Source: Xanthomonas campestris pv. campestris str. ATCC 33913 (GTDB lineage: Bacteria > Pseudomonadota > Gammaproteobacteria > Xanthomonadales > Xanthomonadaceae). Taken from it: DNA of 32,000 nt. This document shows, piece after piece, positions 9,111-17,392 of this stretch. A program made the translations under genes and the position numbers. The DNA lies in contig NC_003902.1 of the NCBI RefSeq assembly GCF_000007145.1, forward strand, positions 607,436 through 639,435. The letters are read 5' to 3'. The notes under the pieces are model-generated. The model saw only the letters and a list, made by a program, of their open reading frames with translations. It had not been told where the DNA came from and ran no database searches. Position 1 is the stretch's first letter, and each line of letters starts with the position of its first letter.

Positions 9111-9395
9111 CGGCAGGCGTGCAGCGGGAAGACCGCTATTCAACCACGCGCGCGCCGCATGGCGAACCCGCTGCCGCTGTCAGTGACTGCGGCACCCACC
9201 TGGTGCATGCGGCGCCACGGCGCGGTGCCCCAGGGACGTGCCGCCATGCCGCAGGTGTCTTCAGACAGGCCGACGTTTTATCGCAAGCACTGTTTCCAGC
9301 GAACACTGCCTTGCGATGAAAGGGATTAGGCGGTGCCGCCGCGCCGCACAGGCTCAGGCGACTGCCCCGCGGAGCAACAAGGCCCCGCGTGTAGC

Positions 9396-9773
9396 TCAGC
9401 GCCGCCGGCGCGGCTTGCCTTCGGCCAGCAGCAGATCGAGCAGGCCGGTGCGCTGGCGCGGGGCCAATGCGTCGAAGCGCGACAGCAGCACGCGCTGCTG
9501 CTCATCCAGGTGGCGGTATTGGGCGGGTTCTTCGGCAATCGAGGACACCGGCGGGCCGAACACGCGCTCGCCGCGGCCGGTGGCCAGATATTCGAACGTC
9601 ATGCCGCTGCGCTTGGCCAGGCCGATCAGGTTGTCCACCGACGGCGCGGTGCCTTCGGCCATCTCCCATTGCGCCACCGCGCTGCGGGTCACGCCCAGTT
9701 CGCCGGCCAGGGCTTCCTGGGTCAGCTTGGTCAAGCTGCGGGCCTCGCGTACACGCTCGTATAGCTTGCTCAC
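9396..9773 (-). CDS. XRE-family helix-turn-helix transcriptional regulator
   Basis: 'LTQEALAGELGVTRSAVAQWEMAEGTAPSVDNLIGLAKRSGMTFEYLATG' is a classic Cro/C1 HTH_3 domain. The start is set at GTG 9773 ('VSKLYERVREAR'). The track ORF extends to 9890 through non-coding-looking sequence. Confidence 0.75.
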   Translation of the reverse strand: MSKLYERVREARSLTKLTQEALAGELGVTRSAVAQWEMAEGTAPSVDNLIGLAKRSGMTFEYLATGRGERVFGPPVSSIAEEPAQYRHLDEQQRVLLSRFDALAPRQRTGLLDLLLAEGKPRRRR

Positions 9774-9921
9774 ACGGACACCGGTGGCGGGAACGGGCCG
9801 GGAGATATAGCGCCAGCGACACAATCGAATAGTTCGTATGACTTTCATATCGGCAGATGTTTGCGATACTGGCGTTCGCTGGGTGATCACGACATCACAG
9901 CGAACTCAAGGAGGAGCCGTC

Positions 9922-10416
9922 ATGTGCAAACGTCTGTGGGGCTGGCGTGCGGCGCCGCGCCCAAAACCTGTGCCGCCGACACCCTGGCCGGCCTATTCGC
10001 CGCTGGATCCAGCCGTGGCGCGCTTTGCGGGTGCGGCCCGCTACCTGGTCTGGCGCCGCGACCAGGACTGGACCGCGGTGATCGACGGGCTGCACTGGGG
10101 GCCGGCGCTGGCGCCCCGGTGGTGGGCATGGCGACATCGCCATTGGCGGCTGCTGGCCGCCGGCATGGGAGTGCTGGGCAGTGCGGGCGGGCTGTGGCTC
10201 GCCAGTGCATCCGCCGGCGGCTGGTTGCTGGCGTGGGCGGCGCTGGGTCTGGTCGAGCTCGGTATGCGCGCGTCTGCGGTGCGGCAGGCCAGCCGCTGGC
10301 GGTGCGCGGCCCTGCAGCGTGCTGGCTGGCAGCCGGTGACCCAGCTGCGCGCCATCAGTGTCGAGGATGCCGTCACCACCGCGCGAATCCGCAGCGGTGA
10401 ACTTCGGCCGGAGTGA
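9922..10416 (+). CDS. Hypothetical Trp/Arg-rich membrane protein
   Basis: A strong SD, AAGGAGG (9908-9914), lies 7 nt before ATG 9922. Third-codon positions are very GC-rich. There are two hydrophobic segments ('LLAAGMGVLGSAGGLWLASASAGGWLLAWAALGLV'). It is divergent from the XRE gene. No family recognised. Confidence 0.6.
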   Translation: MCKRLWGWRAAPRPKPVPPTPWPAYSPLDPAVARFAGAARYLVWRRDQDWTAVIDGLHWGPALAPRWWAWRHRHWRLLAAGMGVLGSAGGLWLASASAGGWLLAWAALGLVELGMRASAVRQASRWRCAALQRAGWQPVTQLRAISVEDAVTTARIRSGELRPE

Positions 10417-10417
10417 G

Positions 10418-11338
10418 TCAGTGGCGGCGAACGCCGTCGATGCGTACCCATTCCGCGTCGTATTCGCAGTGCAGGTGCTCGAACCAGGGCGTGTAGCGCT
10501 GCACCAGGTCCTGCTCCTGGCCCTGCATGATGCCCGACAGCGCAATGCGCCCGCCGGGCGCCACGCGCGCGGCCAGGGTCTCGGCCAGCGCGTCCAGTGC
10601 GGTGGCCAGGATATTGGCCAGCACCACCGGGTAGGTCTGCACGGGTTCGTCCTGCGGCAGGTACACCTGCATTTGCGCTTCCATCGCATTGCGCTCGGCA
10701 TTTTCGGCCGTGGCCAGCAACGCTTGCGGGTCGTAATCCACGCCCACCGCGTTGGCCGCACCGAGCTTGAGCGCGGCCAGGGCCAGGATGCCGGATCCGC
10801 AGCCGAAATCCAGCACGCTGCAGCCCTGCAACTGGCCCTCGCCGGCCAGCGCATCCAGCCAGCGCAGGCACAGCGCGGTGGTCTGGTGGGTGCCCGAGCC
10901 GAACGCCAGGCCCGGATCCAGCCGCACCACCGCCGCGTCGGGCGTGTTGGCCTCTTCGGGCAGGTCCTGATTCCACGGCACGATGAAGGTGCGCGCGCCA
11001 AAGCGCATCGGCTTGAACTGGTCGATCCAGGCCCGTTCCCAGGCGCTGTCTTCCACGCTGCGAAACGTCGCATGGCGCGTGTCCAGGCTCGGGTCGAAGG
11101 CTTCCAGCGCGGCCAGCAGCATCAGCGGGTCGCTGTCGCCGTCGAACAGCGCGGTGAGCTCTGTCTCCTCCCACAACCGCACCTCGCCCACGCCCGGCTC
11201 AAGGATGGCGCGCTCGTTGATGGTGCCGGCATGGGCATCGAGCATGGTCACGGCCAAGGCGCCCACATCTTCCAGCGCGTTCTCGAAACGGGGCTGGGTG
11301 GCGCGGGTGCAGGGCAGGGTCAATTCAAGGAACGGCAT
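10418..11338 (-). CDS. prmA: Ribosomal protein L11 methyltransferase
   Basis: '[10 protein letters not shown]..' N-terminus. SAM-binding motif '[20 protein letters not shown]', followed by '[10 protein letters not shown]' and 'VLANILA'. ATG at 11338 lies inside track ORF 10418..11419. Confidence 0.9.
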
Positions 11339-11536
11339 CGGGACGGTCGCGGCGGTAAAACGTGCATCGTAGACGATTCGCGCGCCACGCCCTGAGCGGC
11401 GCGTGGCAGCACGGCCCATCGCCTACGCTGGGAAACGCGTTGTCTGCGGCTGCACGTGTTTGTTGGAGGGAAGGAGAGCGGCAGCCTTTTGCGTGTGTGG
11501 CGTGCTTCGCACCGATCATGTGGATGGAACGAATCA

Positions 11537-11721
11537 CCGAATCCCAAATCCCCAATCGCCGACTCCCGATTCCCGATTCCCGATTCCCGACTCCCGACTC
11601 CCGACTCCCGATTCCCGACTCCCGACTCCCGATTCCCGATTCCCGACTCCCGATTCCCAATTCCCAATTCCCAATTCCCAATTCCCGAATCCCGAATCCC
11701 GAATCCCGAATCCCGAATCCC
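11537..11721. repeat. Heptamer array: 23 phased units GA(C/T)TCCC / AATTCCC / GAATCCC (11561-11721) plus degenerate leader units
   Basis: Counted directly. The complementary strand reads (GGGANTC)n. It lies in the divergent intergenic region between prmA and the 11825 gene. Confidence 0.95.
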
Positions 11722-11824
11722 ACAAAAGCGCTAGCGCCCGCTTCAACGCCGACCCGCAGCAGCGCCGGTGATAGACTCCGCGCCGTCGCTGCGGGACGTT
11801 CCCGCGCCAGGCCTGTTGCCGTCC

Positions 11825-12745
11825 ATGCCGCTCGTTCGTGCCCGCCATCTCTGGCTGTTGCTCGCTCCCGCCGCGCTTGCGGCGGCGTGGTGGCAGGCGC
11901 GTCCGCAAACAGCGGGCGTCGCGCCCGCGGCCGTCGTGGAGACCGCGGCTGCGCACGTCGCACCCACAGCCGGCCAGCCGCACGCGGTGCCCGAGCGCAG
12001 CGCTGCGTTGCAGCTGGCGCGCGGCACCGCAGGCGAGCCGCCGCAGGATCTCTACCGCTACGCGCAGCAACTGCAGCAACAAGTGCGCGCCGGTGATGCG
12101 CAGGCCGGTTGGCGCTTGAGCCGGGTCTACGACTACTGCGCCCCCTATGCGGTGAGCCCGGCTGGCTACGCGGCCGACAGCGCCTGGATCGCCAGCCAAC
12201 CCGCGCCCGGCGTGGCCGCCATGCACGCCGCACGCGAACGCGTGGCGCAGCGCTGCGCCGGCTTTGCGCCCAGCGACGGGCTGAGCCCGCGCGTGGTGGC
12301 CCAGCAACGTCAGGCCGCTGCGCGTGCCGGCAGCCTCGCTGCCGAAGCGGCCATGCTTGCGTTGGGCGAACCCTTGCAGACCACGCCCGGCTACAAGCGC
12401 GCGCTGGTTCAGCGCGTGCTGGCCTCGCGCGACCCGGAAGCGTATCTGGCGCTGGCGCCGGCGATGGGCGCGCGCGCCAGTGGCGATGACAGCCTGGACG
12501 GCTATGTGGCGGGCGATCAGTTCGCCGAGCTGGCCTGGCAGGTCGCCGCCTGCAGGCTGGGTCTGGATTGCAGCGCGCAAAGCACGCTGGTCACCAGTTA
12601 TTGCGCCAACGCGGGCATCTGCTCGCGCGATAGCGCACAGGATTTCGTGTCGTTCGTATTCGATGCCGCGGTGCCGCGGCAGGGAGCAGACAAGGTGGAT
12701 GAGATGGTCGATACACTCGTAACGCGGTCGGAGACACAGTCATGA
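11825..12745 (+). CDS. Hypothetical exported Cys-containing protein
   Basis: ATG 11825 gives a signal/anchor-like N-terminus, '[23 protein letters not shown]'. GC3 is high throughout. There is a C-terminal Cys cluster ('[26 protein letters not shown]'). No family recognised. Confidence 0.6.
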   Translation: MPLVRARHLWLLLAPAALAAAWWQARPQTAGVAPAAVVETAAAHVAPTAGQPHAVPERSAALQLARGTAGEPPQDLYRYAQQLQQQVRAGDAQAGWRLSRVYDYCAPYAVSPAGYAADSAWIASQPAPGVAAMHAARERVAQRCAGFAPSDGLSPRVVAQQRQAAARAGSLAAEAAMLALGEPLQTTPGYKRALVQRVLASRDPEAYLALAPAMGARASGDDSLDGYVAGDQFAELAWQVAACRLGLDCSAQSTLVTSYCANAGICSRDSAQDFVSFVFDAAVPRQGADKVDEMVDTLVTRSETQS

Positions 12746-13107
12746 ACTATCGTCGGTTGGCGCACGGCGCCAAGTTCTGGTTCTGGGTGGCGCTGTTCGT
12801 GGCGTATTCGGCCGCAGCGGTGGGCATCGTGATGATCGACACCGCCGATCACCGCTACCAGCCGCTGTCGGTCAAGCGCATCACTGTCGGTGCCGACGCG
12901 CAGCTGCGCCAGCACGGCGCCAGCCAGGTGGCCGCGGTGTATCGCGCCAGCAGCGGCATGCCGTTCGCCTCGCTGCCGGCCGGCGCCACGTTCCAGGTGG
13001 TGTGGCCGGATGGCTCCACCGAAACCATGACCGTGGTCGACCCATCCTCGCCCAGCGGCGCGGTGCCGGTACCCGGCAGCCAGCAACCGGCAGCAAAGCG
13101 CCGTTGA
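12742..13107 (+). CDS. Hypothetical membrane-anchored small protein
   Basis: ATGA overlap with the upstream gene (12742-12745). N-terminal TM 'FWFWVALFVAYSAAAVGIVMI'. High GC3. Confidence 0.6.
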   Translation: MNYRRLAHGAKFWFWVALFVAYSAAAVGIVMIDTADHRYQPLSVKRITVGADAQLRQHGASQVAAVYRASSGMPFASLPAGATFQVVWPDGSTETMTVVDPSSPSGAVPVPGSQQPAAKRR

Positions 13108-13119
13108 GTGCCGCGGATG

Positions 13120-13630
13120 TGCAGTGATGCGCGATTGCGCGTGCGAGCGGCCAATGGCCGCGCACGCGATGCGCTCCACACGTCGAAGCCGGTCACACAG
13201 TTTTGCGCGCAGGTGTAACGCGCAGATCGTTCGCCACGCAGCACTGATGCATGGCCGCGCACGCGATGCGCTCCACACGTCGAAGCCGGTCACACAGTTT
13301 TGCGCGCAGGTGTAACGCGCAGATCGTTCGCCACGCAGCACTGATGCATGGTCGCGCACGCGAAGCGCTCCATGCGATGAAGCCGGTCACGCAGTTCGGC
13401 GCGCAAGCATGACGCGCAGGTGGTTCGCCACGCAGTACTGACGCATGGCCACGCACGCGATGCGCTCCATGCGATGAAGCCGGTCACGCAGTTCGGCGCG
13501 CAGGCGTGACGCGTAGGTGGTTCGCCACGCAGTACTGACGCATGGCCACGCACGCGAAGCGCTCCATGCGATGAAGCCGGTCGCACGGTTCGGCGCATAG
13601 ACGTGACGCGTAAGTCGTTCGCCAGATAAC
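13120..13630. repeat. 97-bp tandem repeat, about 5 copies
   Basis: The landmark 'ATGG(C/T)C(G/A)CGCACGCGA' recurs at 13154, 13251, 13348, 13445 and 13542, a period of exactly 97. Copies 1 and 2 are identical by eye; copies 3-5 diverge. Each unit holds small palindromes such as TGCGCGcaggtgtaaCGCGCA. Confidence 0.9.
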
Positions 13631-13694
13631 ACGCTGGCGCAATGCCGCGGCCCTGTAGTTTGAACACTACGCTCCCAGCGCACACGTAGACACG

Positions 13695-13721
13695 AAAAAG
13701 GCGGGTTTACCCGCCTTTTTC
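13695..13721. terminator. Bidirectional rho-independent terminator (serves accC on minus strand)
   Basis: AAAAA-GGCGGG-ttta-CCCGCC-TTTTT, located 20 nt beyond the accC stop. Confidence 0.85.
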
Positions 13722-13740
13722 TTGGCCAGCGCTACTGCGA

Positions 13741-15108
<1,368 letters not shown>

Positions 15109-15548
15109 GGGAATAGGGAGTCGGGAATGGGGAATGGGTAGATGCGGGCATCAGGCGGCTCCACGTCTGCGTAGGGCGTTCATCAGTGCAGTGAGCTTGG
15201 CGAACACCAGGTCGACCTGACGGCGGACGCTCTGGTCATCTTCACTGCGGCTGTAACCCAGTCGGGCGGCGATCTGGACTTGCGTGTCCAGTTCGGAAAG
15301 CGATCCACGTGCGATGGATAGAAAACGGGAGTAATCGGGAGTGGAGCGTCGTGCCGCACCTTCGGCGATGTTCGACGGGATGCTGACGGCTGCGCGGCGC
15401 AATTGCGCAGTCAGGCCGTAACGCTCCTGGTCGGGAAATACCTCGGTCAGTCGGTAGATCATTTCGACGAGCTCCATGGAATCACGCCAGGCGTCCAGAC
15501 GTTCGTGAGGCCGCTGTGCCGATTCCCGATTCTCCACTCCCGATTCCC
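15109..15548. mobile_element. Putative heptamer-terminated insertion cassette carrying a four-helix-bundle gene, between accB and accC
   Basis: Left arm 15109-15136 is GGGAATA GGGAGTC GGGAATG GGGAATG followed by GGTAGA. Right arm 15521-15548 is GATTCCC GATTCTC CACTCCC GATTCCC, preceded by TGCC, so the arms are inverted. The same termini recur at 23005-23120 without a gene. Confidence 0.35.
15151..15537 (-). CDS. Four-helix-bundle protein (23S rRNA intervening-sequence protein / Avd-like family)
   Basis: 'HERLDAWRDSMELVEMIYRLTEVFPDQERYGLTAQLRRAAVSIPSNIAEGAARRSTPDYSRFLSIARGSLSELDTQVQIA' matches the family pattern (..IY.LT..FP..E.Y.L..Q.RRAA.SI..NIAEG..R....). The GTG start at 15537 lies inside the right heptamer arm. 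Confidence 0.85.
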   Translation of the reverse strand: MENRESAQRPHERLDAWRDSMELVEMIYRLTEVFPDQERYGLTAQLRRAAVSIPSNIAEGAARRSTPDYSRFLSIARGSLSELDTQVQIAARLGYSRSEDDQSVRRQVDLVFAKLTALMNALRRRGAA

Positions 15549-15554
15549 GGCAAA

Positions 15555-16037
15555 TCAGCCAATCACAAACAGCGGCTGATCGAACTCCACCGGCTGGCCG
15601 GTGTCGCTGAGGACGGCGACGATGGTGCCGGAGATGTCGGCTTCGATCGGGTTGAACATCTTCATCGCTTCGATGATCGCCAGCGTCTCGCCGGCCTTGA
15701 CCTGCTGGCCGACGGTGACGAAGGCCGGCTTGTCGGGCGAGGGCGAGGTGTAGAACGTGCCCACCATCGGCGCGCGCAGCACGTGGCCTTCCGGCAAGGC
15801 GGCGCCCTGCTTGGCGCCACCGGTGGAGGCTTCGGTGGGCGACTGCATCGGCATGGTGGCCGCCGGTGCGGGCGCGGCGGGGGCCGGCGCGTACTGCTGC
15901 ATCGGGGCGCTCATCACCTGGGTGCCCTTGGGCACGCGGGCCAGACGCACGCTTTCTTCGCCTTCCTTGATCTCGATTTCGGCGAGATTGGATTCTTCGA
16001 GCAGGTCGATCAGTTTCTTGATTTTGCGGAGATCCAT
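15555..16037 (-). CDS. accB: Acetyl-CoA carboxylase biotin carboxyl carrier protein
   Basis: '[16 protein letters not shown]', a Pro/Ala linker, and the biotinylation motif 'EAMKM'. Confidence 0.97.
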   Translation of the reverse strand: MDLRKIKKLIDLLEESNLAEIEIKEGEESVRLARVPKGTQVMSAPMQQYAPAPAAPAPAATMPMQSPTEASTGGAKQGAALPEGHVLRAPMVGTFYTSPSPDKPAFVTVGQQVKAGETLAIIEAMKMFNPIEADISGTIVAVLSDTGQPVEFDQPLFVIG

Positions 16038-16116
16038 AAGGGCCTCTTGAGGTGAATCGGTGGAGAGTGCCGGCGGGTGCCGGCGGAATGGGGTGGGGTG
16101 TGGCGCGAAGTGCGTG

Positions 16117-16563
16117 TCAGCTGTCGCGCTCCAGGCGCGCGATCACCGCTTCCAGCGCCAGCCGGTAGCTGTCGGCGCCGAAGCCGCAGATCACGCCGGC
16201 GGCCTTGTCGCTCAGATAGCTGTGGTGCCGGAACGGCTCACGGGTGTGCGGGTTGGACAGATGGATTTCCACGAACGGCAGGCCAACACCCAGCAGCGCA
16301 TCGCGCAGCGACACCGAGGTGTGGGTGAAGGCGGCCGGGTTGATCAGGATGAAGGCGGTGCCGTCTTCGCGCGCGGCGTGGATGCGCTCCACCAGCACGT
16401 GCTCGGCATTGGACTGCAGGCAGTCCAGCGTGTGCCCGGCCGCCTGCGCACGGTCCACCAGCGCCGCATCGATCTGCGCCAGCGTGGTGCGCCCGTAGAC
16501 CTCCGGCTCGCGGGTGCCGAGCAGGTTGAGGTTGGGGCCGTGCAACAGCAGCAGGTGGGCCAT
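16117..16563 (-). CDS. aroQ: Type II 3-dehydroquinate dehydratase
   Basis: '[20 protein letters not shown]', '[16 protein letters not shown]', '[19 protein letters not shown]'. Confidence 0.95.
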   Translation of the reverse strand: MAHLLLLHGPNLNLLGTREPEVYGRTTLAQIDAALVDRAQAAGHTLDCLQSNAEHVLVERIHAAREDGTAFILINPAAFTHTSVSLRDALLGVGLPFVEIHLSNPHTREPFRHHSYLSDKAAGVICGFGADSYRLALEAVIARLERDS

Positions 16564-16851
16564 GACATCCGGAAGAGCGGAAAGGCCGGAAGTCTGCGCG
16601 ATGCAGGCAATGCTGTCCAGATGGGCGAAGTTATCGATGTTTTAAACAATCGTTTGATTCTTGCGCCGCCCCCGCGCCAAGCGTGGATTGGCGGGCTGTG
16701 CCGCGCATGAAGCGCTGGTGCACAGCGTGCTGGAGTTGGCGCGTTGCAGTTCGCTACGCGCATGTGGCCTCAGGCGCTGCACCGAGGCCGCACCTGGAGT
16801 ATCCAGTCTTCCGTGTCGGCGAACCGTGCGAATGTGCGCAGATTGCCGCCC

Positions 16852-17285
16852 GATGGCAGCAGCGCACGTGTGGGTATTCAAGCGCGTTGCCGACCGAATT
16901 GGCGCCACAGACCGCATTGGCAGCTATCGGCAGCCCGGGCGCTGAAGCGATGACCTCCAAGGACGCGCAGTGCGAGCGCGCTGGGGCAGCGTTTCGCGAC
17001 CCGATGGCAGCACGCGTCAGGGCGGGAGAATCAAATCTGTTGCCGACCAGCGTCAGCGTGCGCCACAGACCGCGCGTGCCAGTTATGGGTGGCCCAGGCG
17101 CACAAATGATGGCCCTCCAGGGTGCGCCCCGCGCGAGCGCGTTGGCTGCGGTGCGTTTGCTTGAAGCCTGAGCGCGCTGCGCGCAGCAGCGCATCACTCA
17201 GCGAGCAAATTACTGCGCAATGGCAGCAACGCAGATGCGGGGTGTTCAAACGCGCGTGGCCGACCGAAGTAGCGCGGCAGGCCGC
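16852..17285. repeat. Three degenerate copies of a ~65-70 bp dispersed element in the aroQ-dsbD gap
   Basis: Copies at 16852-16915, 17003-17073 and 17219-17285 share (G/A)ATGGCAGCA..CGC..G(T/G)(T/G)GCCGACC(G/A)A..GCGCC/GGCAG. The similarity was judged by eye only. Confidence 0.4.
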
Positions 17286-17392
17286 GCCGCCATCTTGCGG
17301 CCGCTCACACGTAATGACGCCATTGCCCTCAGCCGGTCACCGGAACGCGCCATGCCAGCGCGCCGCGGCAGTCAGTACTGATTGGCTGGGCC

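Noticed and set aside
7755-9329. Gly/Arg/Cys-rich plus-strand ORFs (7755..8666, 8542..9186, 8681..9319, 8772..9329)
   Set aside because: They are antisense or frame-shifted readings of the Pro/Ala-rich DUF3426 gene. Low complexity, no start context.
9144-9395. Search for a frame-shifted zinc-ribbon remnant upstream of the DUF3426 gene
   Set aside because: Only isolated Cys codons appear in another frame ('ACTRW...SPCGARV'), with no paired CxxC knuckles. This is too weak to call a pseudogene fragment.
9895-11174. 392-aa and 377-aa minus-strand ORFs overlapping prmA out of frame and overlapping the 9922 gene
   Set aside because: The products are Arg/Pro/Trp-rich nonsense. The prmA frame has clear SAM-methyltransferase motifs, and the 9922 plus-strand ORF has a strong SD.
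11320-11771. ORFs spanning the heptamer array that encode '[15 protein letters not shown]' or '[10 protein letters not shown]' peptides (11320..11667 -, 11403..11771 +, 11456..11734 +, and parts of 11325..12233 - and 11362..12096 +)
   Set aside because: All three frames on both strands are open simply because the 7-nt repeat lacks stop codons. These are translation artefacts.
13120-13630. Possibility that the 97-bp periodic region is a CRISPR array
   Set aside because: The entire 97-bp unit is homologous between copies and copies 1 and 2 are identical, so there are no unique spacers. There are no cas genes nearby. It is a tandem minisatellite.
16683-17197. ORFs 16683..17171 + (162 aa) and 16754..17197 - (147 aa) in the aroQ-dsbD gap
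   Set aside because: No SD, no motif, mutually overlapping, and built over degenerate repeats. I treat the gap as non-coding pending blastx.
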